This document shows, piece by piece, positions 1 to 10,766 of a DNA stretch of 64,000 bases; position 1 is the stretch's first letter; each line of letters starts with the position of its first letter. Location of the stretch: assembly GCA_964648765.1 (NCBI GenBank), contig CAZYLF010000001.1, positions 165,797 to 229,796 of the forward strand. Reading direction: 5' to 3'. The notes beneath the pieces are model-generated. The model saw only the letters and a list, made by a program, of their open reading frames with translations. It did not search any database and was not told where the DNA came from. This DNA is from an uncultured Candidatus Saccharibacteria bacterium (GTDB lineage: Bacteria; Patescibacteriota; Minisyncoccia; Phycocordibacterales; JACOZG01). A program made the position numbers and the translations under genes.

Positions 1-673
1 TGGGTCAGCATTGTGTGGGACCACCACTGGTTTACTCTCAGTCAACTCCCATTTTTGGGCTTCAGCAATGATAAAGACCTGATCAAACTTTGTCTTGGCT
101 TGTCGGATTACCTGCCTTATTTCGACAGGGAAGATACCTGTAAAATGGGAAGTTAAATCGAGGTTTACCTGTTTACTTGTTGCGCGGGTAAAGAGTCGAC
201 CAATCACATCCTCGTAGCATTCTAGTATGGGCATGGGTAACTCCGGGTTGGTTACCAGCTCACATTTTCTGGCTCCAGAACGATAATCACCCCTACTGAC
301 ACCAAAGAAGAATCGAACTAATGGCTCCTCGGTGCCCAAGACGATTAGTTGCGGCCAGCCTTGCTCACTGCGCCATTTAAGCGGTTCTAAGCTCAGTTGG
401 GGCATGTCCTTCAGATTGCCGACCAGTTTCAGCTCATCCCTCTCTTTCTCCAGGTCTAATCTTAGTTTAGTTATTTCAGCTTTGGCATTTTCTTCAGCCC
501 GTGTGAGGTTCTGTTCCCGAAAGCCAATAAGATCAATCTGATTCTGCAATACCTTGACTCGTTTTTTGTTTTCTACGATCTCCAAGTTTGGTTGATCGGT
601 CAACCCGATCTCCCTCTTCATCTTATTGATCGGACTCTCAACGGCCACCGCTGTCGCTACTGCCTTACTCATG
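1..673 (-). CDS. hypothetical protein, 3' end truncated by window edge (N-terminal coiled-coil-like region)
   Basis: Manual translation of the reverse strand from the ATG at 673-671 gives an uninterrupted frame (MSKAVATAVAVESPINK...) running off the window edge. It is absent from the ORF track, probably because it is truncated. Confidence 0.45.
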
Positions 674-919
674 ATTTGTTCCTTTCGGTTAGGGCACCAA
701 TTCCAACTCGCACTCACGGACACCAAAGCCGTGATTTATCATTTTCTGTGTGAAAGACCACTTTCCCTGGCATAGATCTACTCTTCTTAATTAAATTTGT
801 CAATTTCTTTCGAATTATGTGTTTCAAGAAGTGTCTATTTTTTGTTTTCCACAAGGTGTTGAGATATTTACGCTATACTTAAGTGGCGTGGAGGATTATA
901 AATTTTTAATTATTATCTA

Positions 920-1573
920 ATGTTTAAAACGAAATATTTTTTGGGAGCTTTGGCACTTTTCATAATTTTTGGATTTGGAGTGGCCAAAGCCGAGACCGAT
1001 GACGCAGAAGTGCGTTCAGGTTTGTATTATGTGTTGCAAAATTTACAACAGAAAATTTCTGATTTATCTAACAGCCAAACCGCGCAGGTGAGGAGTGAAG
1101 AGCCAGCGACTTTAATGCAAACTGCATATGTTGGTTTGCCTCCAGGGACTCCAGGGCAAACGTTATATTATTCAGGGACAGGGTCTTCCACCACACCTGG
1201 ATGGAAAGCAACTTCAAATTTACATAATGATGGCAATATTATTACCGTAAATGGACCTAACGACGGAGGGATTCGCCCGTTGGTGGTTAAAGATGGAACT
1301 ATTGCACAGACTGGTGTTGTTAATAGCGGAAACAATTTTTTTGCCAGTCGTGTAATGATCGGTGAATATGGTCTCACAAACAGTGGAGATGGTATTCAAC
1401 TTCGTGTACATAATAATGCGATACAATTGGGAGGTATCGTGACACGCCCGACCTGTGCAGGAAATTATTATCGTGGTGTCATTTGGTTAACTTTTGGCAC
1501 GGGGGGCGCGCCAGACACATTGTCACTTTGTATGAAAACTGGTTCAACCACCTACGCTTGGAAGGATCTCTAA
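920..1573 (+). CDS. secreted hypothetical protein (N-terminal signal peptide, Gly/Thr-rich)
   Basis: 217 aa ORF with an N-terminal hydrophobic signal-like segment (FLGALALFIIFGFGVAKA). No recognisable catalytic motifs. Confidence 0.55.
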   Translation: MFKTKYFLGALALFIIFGFGVAKAETDDAEVRSGLYYVLQNLQQKISDLSNSQTAQVRSEEPATLMQTAYVGLPPGTPGQTLYYSGTGSSTTPGWKATSNLHNDGNIITVNGPNDGGIRPLVVKDGTIAQTGVVNSGNNFFASRVMIGEYGLTNSGDGIQLRVHNNAIQLGGIVTRPTCAGNYYRGVIWLTFGTGGAPDTLSLCMKTGSTTYAWKDL

Positions 1574-1648
1574 GTTTTAGTTAAATCAGTAAAAAGTCAC
1601 TCTACTTGCCAAGTATGGCGGGTGGGGTGATTTTGTGCTAGGATAAAA

Positions 1649-1694
1649 GGGTCGTTTGGAATGATGGCTGGGATGGATAAACGACCCTGATTTT
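1649..1694 (+). terminator. stem-loop followed by U-rich run, likely terminator of the 920..1573 gene
   Basis: GGGTCGTTT (1649-1657) pairs with AAACGACCC (1679-1687) around a 21-nt loop, followed by TGATTTT immediately before the ATG at 1695. Confidence 0.4.
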
Positions 1695-2441
1695 ATGCAA
1701 TTAACTAAAGGCTTTTTTGCCTGTTTGCTCGTTTCTGTTATGACGGTTTGGGGTGTAGGGGCGCCTAGCGCCTCGGCTTTCTCGTTCTCCAGCCTGTGGA
1801 ATACTATTATCGGTGCAGAGGAGGAAAAGCCAGCCCCAACCCCGGTTTCCTCCTCATCTGTTTCTAGTTTTAGTGCCACGCCTGCAGTTACGAGTTTTAA
1901 AAGTTTGCCTGCCTCTGGCGACGTGCCAATGATTTTAGAAAGCTTCCCTGCTGATGGCGCGATTGATGCTCGCATGCCTGATTTTGGTTGGAATCAAGTT
2001 GAGATTGTTTTTGACCGTGAGCCTGACCAAGTTTTTTTAAGTGATTTTATGGTTTCAACTAGTCTTAAGACCCCACTAAACGTGGCGGTGGAGAGTGTGA
2101 CCTCAACTAGTTCTGACCGACTTGTTTTAACCCTCAATCAACCAATCCCAGTGCTTGCTCGCACTGCAATTACCTATTTGCCTACGGGGCAGAGGGTTTG
2201 CTTAGGTTATTTGCCGGGTGATGTAAACCAAAACGGAATTACTGATGCCAATGACGCCTTTCAGCTCTTAGGTGAGCTTGGTAAACCTGACTCAGTTGCT
2301 CATGAGAAGATGTATGCCTACGACATTGACCGCAGTGGCAACTTTGACGGCGCTGATGCCTCACGTCTCATGGCCCTTTTAAGTGGCCGTGAAGATTCTC
2401 AGAAATGGAAGGGCGAGACGATTGGTGTTGATTGTGAATAA
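1695..2441 (+). CDS. secreted protein with C-terminal dockerin type I-like repeat pair
   Basis: Signal peptide (LLVSVMTVWGVGAPSASA). The C-terminus carries two Ca-binding-loop-like repeats, DVNQNGITDANDAFQLL and DIDRSGNFDGADASRLMALL, characteristic of dockerin modules. Confidence 0.6.
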   Translation: MQLTKGFFACLLVSVMTVWGVGAPSASAFSFSSLWNTIIGAEEEKPAPTPVSSSSVSSFSATPAVTSFKSLPASGDVPMILESFPADGAIDARMPDFGWNQVEIVFDREPDQVFLSDFMVSTSLKTPLNVAVESVTSTSSDRLVLTLNQPIPVLARTAITYLPTGQRVCLGYLPGDVNQNGITDANDAFQLLGELGKPDSVAHEKMYAYDIDRSGNFDGADASRLMALLSGREDSQKWKGETIGVDCE

Positions 2442-2466
2442 AATTATTATAAATTAATAAAATTTT

Positions 2467-4545
2467 ATGATTAAAAAATATTTTTTGGTGTGGATGTTGG
2501 TGCTTGCACTCGTTGTGCCGGTAATAACAATGGCTCGCGAGAATGACGACAGCCCTCAAGACGAGGATGATCAGGAGGAGATGGATGATAGTGGTCAAGA
2601 CAGCGAGAGCGATCAAAATGATGACGATGAAGATAATGACAATGACGACAATGGTAACGATGACAGTGAGAGTGATTCTGAAACCGTCGCTGAGTTAAGA
2701 GCTAAAATTGCTGAGCTCATGGCTTTAATTGCCAGATTGCAAGGTAATGCCCCAAATCCAAGTCGTGGTGAGTGCACTCTTAGCGCTGATTTTGCTCGTG
2801 ATTTATTTTTTGGTGATCAAGATTTTGGCTCAAATAAGAGCATAGAGGCTTTGCAGAAGGCTTTAGCCAAGCGTGGTTTGTTAAACATGCCACAGGGTGC
2901 TGCTTATGGATTTTTTGGTAATTTAACTCGCATTGCCCTTGAGAGATTCCAAATTCAGAATGGAATAAGTGAAAAATATAAAGATGGTTACGCTTATGTC
3001 GGTCCCCAAACCCGCCGAGCTTTAAGTGGATGCAGTGGACAAAATCCTACTCGATTAGCTCCGACTTGCTCTCTTTCATCTAACAAGAGTTCATACTCTC
3101 TTGGAGAGACGATTACGTATTATTGGACAAGTCAAAATGCAACATACGCATCATGGCAGCAAGATAATTCTGGCAAAGATCATCTCTGGTTGCCAGGGGA
3201 CAAACTGTCTGCGAATGGTTCGCAACAAGTGACGGCAAGTGTAATTGGAAATCCTCCAGTAACTCTCATGGTTGGCGGTGTCAATAATGGTACTGGTTCA
3301 TGTACTAAGGTAGTAAACGTTACCGCTGGTGGCCATAACAACAATCTCCCTCCAATAATCCACGGAGTAAGTGGCCCAACAAGTTTGAAAGTTGGGGAAA
3401 GGGGAACTTGGACGGTGAAAGCCACCGATCCTGAAAATGGTAGTCTCCGTTATTCTGCAAGATGGGGTGATGAAGCCACATCTGCCAATGAGACATTAAA
3501 CGGATCGGGTTCTCAACAGTCTGTAACTTTTTCTCACGTTTATGGTTGGCCAAATGGATCATCCAAAGACACCTACCGCCCAACATTTACTGTCACCGAT
3601 AACAATGGCTTGAGTGCCGTTACAAGTGTTACCGTAAGTATGAAAGGAGAAAGCTCTAGTTCAATTACTTGTACTGGATTAGAAATGGTTTGGCCTGAGA
3701 ATAATATTTACAATAGGCGAGAACCTTATACTTACCAAAATGATCTCTGCGATGGATACCGAATTGTGAGAGGAAACACGATTACTCCTTCTTGTTATAA
3801 CTGGAATGAGTGCCAACCTCAAGCAGCTCAAAATGGTGGAACTTGTGTAAATATCGCATCTGCTAAATTACAGTGCCAAAATACTACTCCAAGTAATCCT
3901 AATATTCGGGTCACTTACCCTAATGGTGGAGAAAGGATTGATATTGGTTCGGATATTAAAGTAAAGTGGTCGGGGAATGATAGTTCGGTTAAGGTTTATA
4001 TCGAAAAAATGTACAACGGCCAGTTTGCGACAGCGGGAGAAATCCAAACATCGTCTAACGATTATAATAATGAATGGGTGCTTTGGAATGCAAAAACTCT
4101 AAAGGACTCGACGTCGTATGGTGCTCAGTTTTACAACCTATCTCCTGGGCAATACTGGGTGAAGGTATGTTATCAGAATAGTTTCACCTGTGATTACAGT
4201 GATAATTATTTTGTTCTTCAAAATGCCCCGTCAAACGACCCAACAGCAAATTACCTCAAGCTCCGCTCGCCAAATGGCGGGGAGACGTGGAGAAAAGGCT
4301 CAAGTCAGGAAGTAAGTTGGGCTTATGGTCAGAGTAACTGGGATATCGGAATCTTCTTGGTCCCTGCACCTTACACGGGCTCAGGTACGTTTATTGTCCG
4401 TTCTGCAAATGACGCTCAACAATCTGTGGTTGTACCAGAGGGGCTGTCAGAAGGTAATTATAAATTAAAGATTGAATGTACAAATTGCAGCGCCCAAGAC
4501 CTCGGCACGATTGATTACAGCGACAGCAATATCATCGTAGAATAA
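2467..4545 (+). CDS. large secreted protein: acidic D/E/N-rich tract, peptidoglycan-binding-like domain, repeated SPNGGE..W beta-sandwich motifs
   Basis: 692 aa. Signal peptide MIKKYFLVWMLVLALVVPVITMA, a D/E-rich low-complexity block, then a PG_binding_1-like segment (LQKALAKRGLL...GFFGNLTRIALERFQIQNGI). The motif repeats PNGGERIDIGSDIKVKWSG and SPNGGETWRKGSSQEVSW resemble Kre9/KNH-like Ser/Thr-rich surface-protein domains. Confidence 0.7.
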   Translation: MIKKYFLVWMLVLALVVPVITMARENDDSPQDEDDQEEMDDSGQDSESDQNDDDEDNDNDDNGNDDSESDSETVAELRAKIAELMALIARLQGNAPNPSRGECTLSADFARDLFFGDQDFGSNKSIEALQKALAKRGLLNMPQGAAYGFFGNLTRIALERFQIQNGISEKYKDGYAYVGPQTRRALSGCSGQNPTRLAPTCSLSSNKSSYSLGETITYYWTSQNATYASWQQDNSGKDHLWLPGDKLSANGSQQVTASVIGNPPVTLMVGGVNNGTGSCTKVVNVTAGGHNNNLPPIIHGVSGPTSLKVGERGTWTVKATDPENGSLRYSARWGDEATSANETLNGSGSQQSVTFSHVYGWPNGSSKDTYRPTFTVTDNNGLSAVTSVTVSMKGESSSSITCTGLEMVWPENNIYNRREPYTYQNDLCDGYRIVRGNTITPSCYNWNECQPQAAQNGGTCVNIASAKLQCQNTTPSNPNIRVTYPNGGERIDIGSDIKVKWSGNDSSVKVYIEKMYNGQFATAGEIQTSSNDYNNEWVLWNAKTLKDSTSYGAQFYNLSPGQYWVKVCYQNSFTCDYSDNYFVLQNAPSNDPTANYLKLRSPNGGETWRKGSSQEVSWAYGQSNWDIGIFLVPAPYTGSGTFIVRSANDAQQSVVVPEGLSEGNYKLKIECTNCSAQDLGTIDYSDSNIIVE

Positions 4546-4564
4546 TCTAATTTAAATTAACCAA

Positions 4565-4596
4565 AACAGCTCCCACGTAGGGAGTTGTTTTTTTAT
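4565..4596 (+). terminator. rho-independent terminator
   Basis: AACAGCTCCC / GGGAGTTGTT stem with an ACGTA loop, followed by a TTTTTTT run directly after the stop at 4545. Confidence 0.6.
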
Positions 4597-4667
4597 TGCT
4601 CACTTTTTGGGCAGTGGTATGATGGTAATATTGAGATTGAAGTATATTAACTAATAATTAAATTTAC

Positions 4668-6122
4668 ATGATTAAAAAATATTTGTTGGGATTGGTTTTG
4701 GGACTGATGATCATACCTCAAATGGGTAACGCCCAAACAGCAAGCGAATTGCAAAGGATGATCAATGAATTGATTAGTCGCCTGGAGCAAATTAGAAATA
4801 ATTCTAATACAAATAATAATGCATTTTTTAAGCTCGAATCGCCAAATAATGGCGGCACCTGGCGTCCGGGAGATAGTATGAGGGTTGAATGGAGTTACAA
4901 TACAGCCGAATTTACAGGTCAGGATGTTTTGGTGGTTTTATCGCCGGTTAATCTGTCTAACTCTAACCCAGAAATTATTATTGCTAGGACTACAAATCAA
5001 ACAAACTTTATAGATATTGCCATCGGAGATCATCTGTCTAAACAGGATTACAATATAAGAGTTTGCGCTAATAAAAATTCTGGCGGAAGTAGTTGTGATA
5101 CTACCGATCACTTCATTAGGATTGCTCATTCACTTAATGCTTCAAAAAGGCCCGATCTTTCTGTGATGAGCTTTGGTTTAAATGATACTGGGCCCTTCGT
5201 CACATTTTGTAACAATGGATTAACCAATGTTTCAAGATTCCCTCTTGTTATAAGTATTGATGGGGTAGAGAGAGAATTTGAGATGTCAGCTTATCGACAA
5301 GCGAACACGCAATGCGGTACGCGCCATCAATGGGAATACGCGACCTGGGGACTAAATAATAGAAAAAACCACACTGGTTACGCGGAAGTTGATCCAGAAA
5401 ATGATTACAGAGAGGCAAACGAAAATAACAATAAGTTAACCTCTTCATTTAGACAAAACAACGTGGAGGCGATTTCTTTCTCATCTCCACTAGCTAGAGA
5501 TAATTGGCAGGCTGGCGATCGAACTCGTGTGCAGTGGAAAAACAATACAAATGAAATTAGCCGATCAACAAAGATTAATATTAGGTTACTGACGGCCAAC
5601 CATCGTTTAGCAAGTGGTTTTACTCCGATTGATACTAAAAATGATGGTTCAGAATATGTGGATGTGTCAGAGGTTCCACCGGGAGATTATTATTTCCAAA
5701 TCACGGGGCGTAGTAGTAATTTAACCCCAGACTACTTCTCCTTTGACAGTGGGGTATTTAGTATAAGTAATTGGGAGGTGAGTGGTGGTAATTCTGCACC
5801 ACAAATACTTCGTGTAAACGGGCCAGTAGATTATCAAGGTAGGGAGATTAGCGAGATTTATAATGGTCCAATTCGCGTGAACCAGTACGCAGAATGGGAG
5901 TTTGAGGCTGAGGATGAAGATGGTGATAGCTTGGTGTGGAGTGTAAATTATGGAGATGGGTCTTATTACTCTGATAGATCCTGTCAAAATCCTAGCAGTA
6001 GTAATGCGCCATACATTGCTTCTCATTATTGGGGATCGCCAGGTAATTATCGTATGGCAGTAACAGCAAATGATTGCCAGGGTGGTACCGATACTTTTGG
6101 TTTAACTGTGATTGTTAATTAG
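4668..6122 (+). CDS. large secreted protein, paralog of 2467..4545 (shares MIKKY signal peptide, coiled-coil segment and SPNNGG.W motif)
   Basis: 484 aa. Signal peptide MIKKYLLGLVLGLMIIPQMGNAQ. Carries LESPNNGGTWRPGDSMRVEWSY, matching the motif in the upstream protein, and the two genes have near-identical 5' ends at DNA level. Confidence 0.7.
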   Translation: MIKKYLLGLVLGLMIIPQMGNAQTASELQRMINELISRLEQIRNNSNTNNNAFFKLESPNNGGTWRPGDSMRVEWSYNTAEFTGQDVLVVLSPVNLSNSNPEIIIARTTNQTNFIDIAIGDHLSKQDYNIRVCANKNSGGSSCDTTDHFIRIAHSLNASKRPDLSVMSFGLNDTGPFVTFCNNGLTNVSRFPLVISIDGVEREFEMSAYRQANTQCGTRHQWEYATWGLNNRKNHTGYAEVDPENDYREANENNNKLTSSFRQNNVEAISFSSPLARDNWQAGDRTRVQWKNNTNEISRSTKINIRLLTANHRLASGFTPIDTKNDGSEYVDVSEVPPGDYYFQITGRSSNLTPDYFSFDSGVFSISNWEVSGGNSAPQILRVNGPVDYQGREISEIYNGPIRVNQYAEWEFEAEDEDGDSLVWSVNYGDGSYYSDRSCQNPSSSNAPYIASHYWGSPGNYRMAVTANDCQGGTDTFGLTVIVN

Positions 6123-6169
6123 ATTTCTGTAGGCTTGAAAAAATTATAGTAAAGAGGTAGAATGGCGCC

Positions 6170-6430
6170 ATGGAAGGTGAAAGCAAAAAAGGTTATTGGC
6201 TTGTGGCTATAGTGGCAATTGTCATTGTGGTGGCCATTTATTGGGCTCTTAAGGACGAAGCGGCTGCCCCTACCGACCAAACCGGAGCGGTAGGCGGTGT
6301 TTGTACTCAAGACGTAAAGCGTTGCGCAGACGGATCTTATGTGCAAAGGATTGCCCCTACTTGTGAGTTTGCTGCTTGTGCCGAGCCAATCATTCCTAAT
6401 GTCGAAGTCCCTGCCGATTGGGAGAAGTAG
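6170..6430 (+). CDS. small membrane-anchored Cys-rich hypothetical protein
   Basis: 86 aa with one TM helix (YWLVAIVAIVIVVAIYWAL) and a C-terminal tail containing four Cys. Confidence 0.4.
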   Translation: MEGESKKGYWLVAIVAIVIVVAIYWALKDEAAAPTDQTGAVGGVCTQDVKRCADGSYVQRIAPTCEFAACAEPIIPNVEVPADWEK

Positions 6431-6514
6431 ATTTGACTATTTCTTCAATCTTGTATAGGATTGACGATACGCTATTTTGAATAGTTATTATTTTTATTAG
6501 TTAAATTAAAAAAT

Positions 6515-7708
6515 ATGGCAGATAAATTTGAACGCACTAAGCCCCACGTTAACGTTGGCACAATTGGCCACGTTGACCACGGCAAAACCACGCTCACCGC
6601 GGGTATTTTACATGTTTTAAACTTAGCTGGTTTCAAGGCTAAAGTTAAGGGAGTTGACGAGATCGACTCCGCTCCTGAAGAGAAGGCGCGCGGTATTACT
6701 ATTGCCCTCTCTCACCAAGAATATGAATCTGAGAAGCGTCACTATGCTCACATCGACGCTCCAGGTCACGCTGACTATATTAAGAACATGATCACTGGTG
6801 CCGCTCAGATGGACGGCGCAGTGCTCGTGGTAGCTGCTACAGACGGCGCGATGCCTCAGACTCGTGAACACGTACTCTTGGCTCGCCAAGTAGGTGTACC
6901 TAAGATCATCGTCTTCTTAAACAAAGTAGATATGGTGGACGACAAAGACATGGTGGATCTCGTAGAAGCTGAAATCCGCGAACTCTTAACTAAGTATCAA
7001 TACGACGGCGACAATGCTCCGATTATCCGTGGTTCTGGTCTTAAAGCTCTCGAGGCAAAGACAAAGGATGATGAGTGGGCCAAGCCAATTATGGAATTAG
7101 TGAAGGCTATGGACGAATACATTCCTGAGCCGGTTCGTGATCTCGACAAGCCATTCTTGATGCCTATTGAAGACATCTTCTCTATTGAAGGTCGTGGGAC
7201 TGTGGTCACTGGACGTATCGAGCGCGGACGCATTAAGGTAGGTGAGGAAGCTGAGATCGTGGGTCTTGCTCCAACTGCCAAAACTACTATTACTGGTATT
7301 GAAATGTTCAACAAGCAACTCGACGAGGGTCAGGCTGGAGACAACGCTGGTATCTTGCTTCGTGGTACTAAAAAGGAAGATGTAACTCGCGGACAAGTTA
7401 TCTCTAAGCCAGGTTCTGTAACTCCTCATACTGAGTTTGAGTCAGAAGTTTACATCTTAAAGAAGGAAGAGGGCGGTCGCCACACTCCATTCTTTACTGG
7501 CTACAAGCCACAATTTTACCTCCGTACTACGGACGTAACTGGTGAAGTAACTTTGGCTGAAGGCGTGAAGATGGTAATGCCAGGCGACACTGTAACCTTT
7601 AAGGTCAAATTGGTTGCTCCAGTGGCCCTTGAAGACAAACAACGCTTTGCTATCCGTGAGGGTGGTAAGACCGTAGGAGCCGGTGTGGTTACTAAAGTTG
7701 TCGCTTAA
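6515..7708 (+). CDS. tuf: elongation factor Tu
   Basis: [13 protein letters not shown]-loop, DAPGH, NKVD and the full EF-Tu architecture over 397 aa. Confidence 0.97.
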   Translation: MADKFERTKPHVNVGTIGHVDHGKTTLTAGILHVLNLAGFKAKVKGVDEIDSAPEEKARGITIALSHQEYESEKRHYAHIDAPGHADYIKNMITGAAQMDGAVLVVAATDGAMPQTREHVLLARQVGVPKIIVFLNKVDMVDDKDMVDLVEAEIRELLTKYQYDGDNAPIIRGSGLKALEAKTKDDEWAKPIMELVKAMDEYIPEPVRDLDKPFLMPIEDIFSIEGRGTVVTGRIERGRIKVGEEAEIVGLAPTAKTTITGIEMFNKQLDEGQAGDNAGILLRGTKKEDVTRGQVISKPGSVTPHTEFESEVYILKKEEGGRHTPFFTGYKPQFYLRTTDVTGEVTLAEGVKMVMPGDTVTFKVKLVAPVALEDKQRFAIREGGKTVGAGVVTKVVA

Positions 7709-7726
7709 TTAAAATAATAAATTTCC

Positions 7727-8089
7727 ATGGCGGCAAAAGCTAAAGCGGGGGCCAAGACTAAGGCAGGAGAGGACGCATCCAATATCCAAAAGATTCGGAT
7801 CCGGGTTTCCGCTTATGAAAATAAGGTTTTGGACGCCAGTGTAAAGCAGATCGTAGACACCGCCACTCGTTATGATGGCACCGTTTACGGACCAGTGCCG
7901 TTGCCAACGGAAATTAAAAAGTACACTGTTAACCGCGGAGCGTTTGTTCATAAAAATGCGCGCGAGCAGTTTGAAATGCGCATTCACAAGCGCTTGGTGG
8001 ACATACTTAACCCATCAGGCAAACTTATTGAAAGTTTAACCAGCTTAGACTTACCATCAGGCGTCAATATTGATGTGAAGATGATGTAG
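7727..8089 (+). CDS. rpsJ: 30S ribosomal protein S10
   Basis: IRIRVSAYENKVLD...GPVPLPT...MRIHKRLVDI conserved S10 core. Sits between tuf and rplC. Confidence 0.93.
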   Translation: MAAKAKAGAKTKAGEDASNIQKIRIRVSAYENKVLDASVKQIVDTATRYDGTVYGPVPLPTEIKKYTVNRGAFVHKNAREQFEMRIHKRLVDILNPSGKLIESLTSLDLPSGVNIDVKMM

Positions 8090-8113
8090 TGTTAGTTACT
8101 ATGTTAAATCAAC

Positions 8114-8545
8114 ATGAAATTTACAACCGGCCGAAAACTCAATATGACGCAAATCTTTCACGACGATGGTCGGGTGGAATCAGTGACGGTGATTGCGGGG
8201 GAGAAGGACGATAAGTCACCTCTAACGCAATTTGAAGTTGGCGATACAGTTAAAATCTCCGGCATCTCTAAGGGGCGGGGATTTCAAGGTGTAGTTAAGC
8301 GCCATGGCTTCCATGGTGGACGTCGTACTCATGGTCAAAAGCACTCTGAGCGCGAGCCAGGCTCTATTGGAGGTGGTTTAAGAACTCGTGTGCCTAAAGG
8401 TATGCGCATGGCCGGCCGAATGGGTGGTGATCGAGTCACAATCAAAAATTTAAAGATTGTGGCGGTAAATGGCGAGGTTAATCAGCTCCTTATTTCTGGA
8501 GCGATTCCTGGTCGTCGCGGTACTTTAATTGAAATCAGAGGTTAA
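8114..8545 (+). CDS. rplC: 50S ribosomal protein L3 (unusually short, 143 aa)
   Basis: RKLNMTQIFHDDG N-terminus and GISKGRGFQGVVKRHGF...MAGRMGGDRVTIKNLKIV match L3. About 60 aa of the usual central region are absent. Confidence 0.88.
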   Translation: MKFTTGRKLNMTQIFHDDGRVESVTVIAGEKDDKSPLTQFEVGDTVKISGISKGRGFQGVVKRHGFHGGRRTHGQKHSEREPGSIGGGLRTRVPKGMRMAGRMGGDRVTIKNLKIVAVNGEVNQLLISGAIPGRRGTLIEIRG

Positions 8546-8550
8546 TTATC

Positions 8551-9189
8551 ATGGAAGCAACAATCTACAATCAAAAAGGTAAAAGCGAAGGTAAGATCAC
8601 CTTACCCGAAGAGATGTTTGCTTTGCCTTGGAACAATAACTTGGTTCACCAGGTTGTAACTTCTATGGAGTCTAATGAGCGCACTAACCGAGCACATGCC
8701 AAGGGGCGTGGCGAGGTACGTGGTGGAGGTAAAAAGCCATGGCGCCAAAAGGGCACTGGTCGCTCTCGTCATGGCTCTATCCGTTCTCCTATTTGGCGTG
8801 GTGGAGGTGCCACTCATGGTCCTACCAACGAGCGTAATTATTTTAAGAAAGTAAATAAGAAGGCTAAAGCTAAAGCTTTGTTTACGATTTTGTCGGCTAA
8901 ACACCGTGATAATGAAGTAATTTTTGTCGACAAACTCGATCTTGAGGGTAAGACTAAAAATGCGGTGGCAATTCTTAAAAATCTAAGCCAAATTAAGGGT
9001 TTTGAAAAGATTAATTACCAAAAGGGTAATCGAGCGATTCTTGCTTTGCCAGCTCAAAACAAAGATGTTAATCGTGGTTTCAAAAACGTAAAGAGCGCGA
9101 TTGTTAAAACCTTTACTTCCATCAGCCCAGTCGAGGCTTTACGTTATAAATATTTGGTGATTGTGGAACCTGCGGTTGCATTAAAATAA
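8551..9189 (+). CDS. rplD: 50S ribosomal protein L4
   Basis: KKPWRQKGTGRSRHGSIRSPIWRGGGATHGP motif and operon position. Confidence 0.92.
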   Translation: MEATIYNQKGKSEGKITLPEEMFALPWNNNLVHQVVTSMESNERTNRAHAKGRGEVRGGGKKPWRQKGTGRSRHGSIRSPIWRGGGATHGPTNERNYFKKVNKKAKAKALFTILSAKHRDNEVIFVDKLDLEGKTKNAVAILKNLSQIKGFEKINYQKGNRAILALPAQNKDVNRGFKNVKSAIVKTFTSISPVEALRYKYLVIVEPAVALK

Positions 9190-9192
9190 TTT

Positions 9193-9513
9193 ATGTCAAA
9201 AATTGGTAAACAATTAAATCAAGAAGAGATTATTTTGGTAAAACCTCACATTACCGAAAAGGCTACGGCTTTAGCCACCGCTGACGCTACGCATCCGGTG
9301 TATGTGTTTCAAGTTGCTCCGGACGCTCGTAAAAATATAATTGCCCACGCAATTAAAAAGATTTTTAATGTTACCCCGGTAAAAATTAACATCATTAACG
9401 TGAAGGCCAAAAAGATTACGCCTCGCGGTCGCCGTGGCCGACCGGGTCACTCAACCGGATTTAAAAAGGCTTTAGTGATGCTTAAAAAAGGCGACAAAAT
9501 TGAAATTGTTTAA
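9193..9513 (+). CDS. rplW: 50S ribosomal protein L23
   Basis: 106 aa and position between rplD and rpl[12 protein letters not shown] start typical of L23. Confidence 0.88.
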   Translation: MSKIGKQLNQEEIILVKPHITEKATALATADATHPVYVFQVAPDARKNIIAHAIKKIFNVTPVKINIINVKAKKITPRGRRGRPGHSTGFKKALVMLKKGDKIEIV

Positions 9514-9521
9514 ATAAAAAT

Positions 9522-10364
9522 ATGAAAAGCTACCGACCAACAACTAAATCACGCCGCGGAATGACCACGATCTCATATCGAGATCACATTACTGCTTCTG
9601 AGCCGATGAAATCTCTGGTGAGTGGATTCAAACGTTCTGTAGGACGCAATAACGCTGGCCGTATCACCGTGCGCCATAAGGGTGGTGGCCACAAGCGCCT
9701 CTACCGTGATATTGATTTTAAATACGACAAAATAAACATTCCGGGTGTTATCAAAACTATTGAGTATGATCCAAATCGTACTGGTTTTATTGCCCTTATT
9801 TCATACCGTGACGGCGCCTATCGTTATCAATTAGTACCATCTGGGCTAAAGGTCGGCGATCAGGTAATTGCTTCAGAACAGGCCGAAATTAAAACTGGTA
9901 ATCGTTTACCACTCCGCGCTATTCCAATTGGTACTTTTGTTTACAATATTGAGATTCAGCCAGGAGGGGGCGCTAAGATGGTGCGCTCGGCTGGTAATTT
10001 TGCTGAGGTGCTCTCCATCGACGGTGGTTATGTAAACGTTAAGTTACCTTCTACAGAAGTACGTAAAATCCGCGAAACTGCTTGGGCTTCTATTGGCACA
10101 GTTTCAAACGAGGAAAATCATTTGGTGAATTTGGGTAAGGCCGGACGCTCTCGCTGGCTTGGTATTAGGCCTACGGTGCGTGGTACTGCGATGAATCCTG
10201 TGGATCATCCACATGGTGGAGGTGAGGGCCGTCAGGGTCGAGGTTTACGCCGCGCTAAGAGCATGTGGGGCAAACCTACTGGCAAGGGCCAGAAGTCTCG
10301 TCGACCAAAGAAGCATTCCAACCAGTTTATTGTTTCTAGACGAGTTAAAAAATCTAAGGGGTAA
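9522..10364 (+). CDS. rplB: 50S ribosomal protein L2
   Basis: [12 protein letters not shown] and HPHGGGEG motifs. 280 aa. Confidence 0.95.
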   Translation: MKSYRPTTKSRRGMTTISYRDHITASEPMKSLVSGFKRSVGRNNAGRITVRHKGGGHKRLYRDIDFKYDKINIPGVIKTIEYDPNRTGFIALISYRDGAYRYQLVPSGLKVGDQVIASEQAEIKTGNRLPLRAIPIGTFVYNIEIQPGGGAKMVRSAGNFAEVLSIDGGYVNVKLPSTEVRKIRETAWASIGTVSNEENHLVNLGKAGRSRWLGIRPTVRGTAMNPVDHPHGGGEGRQGRGLRRAKSMWGKPTGKGQKSRRPKKHSNQFIVSRRVKKSKG

Positions 10365-10406
10365 AAATTGACTGTTTAGGCCTATTTTGTTAGCATTTGT
10401 TTTCCC

Positions 10407-10757
10407 ATGACACGATCACTTAAAAAGGGTCCCTACGTTGACCCAAGATTACTAAAAAAGATTGTTGGCAAAAAACCCACTAGCTCTGGGGTTATTAAAA
10501 CGTGGTCACGCGCCTGCCAAATTAGTCCTGAAATGGTGGGTTTTACTTTTGGAGTTCATAATGGCCGAGAGCATTTACCAGTTTTGGTTACTGAGGAGAT
10601 GGTGGGACATCGCTTGGGAGAATTTTCTCCAACTCGCAAATTCTTACGCCATGGAGGTAAGATGCAAAAGGAGTTAGAGATAAAGAAGAAGGAGTCTGAA
10701 ATTGCTGCCGCTAAAGCCGCTAAAGAAGCTCCTGCCGCCGGCGCCGCTAAAAAATAA
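10407..10757 (+). CDS. rpsS: 30S ribosomal protein S19 with K/A-rich C-terminal extension
   Basis: [12 protein letters not shown] start and the [11 protein letters not shown] core. Extra tail: [24 protein letters not shown]. Confidence 0.9.
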   Translation: MTRSLKKGPYVDPRLLKKIVGKKPTSSGVIKTWSRACQISPEMVGFTFGVHNGREHLPVLVTEEMVGHRLGEFSPTRKFLRHGGKMQKELEIKKKESEIAAAKAAKEAPAAGAAKK

Positions 10758-10766
10758 TTTTTAAAC

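Noticed and set aside
332-541. 69-aa plus-strand ORF near window start
   Set aside because: It lies antisense within the longer minus-strand CDS (1..673) and has no RBS. Spurious.
2540-2700. Periodic GATGAC/GATGAT/AATGAC repeats resembling a short tandem repeat array
   Set aside because: The periodicity is codon-level. It encodes the D/E/N-rich low-complexity tract of the 2467..4545 secreted protein, so it is not a CRISPR or noncoding tandem repeat.
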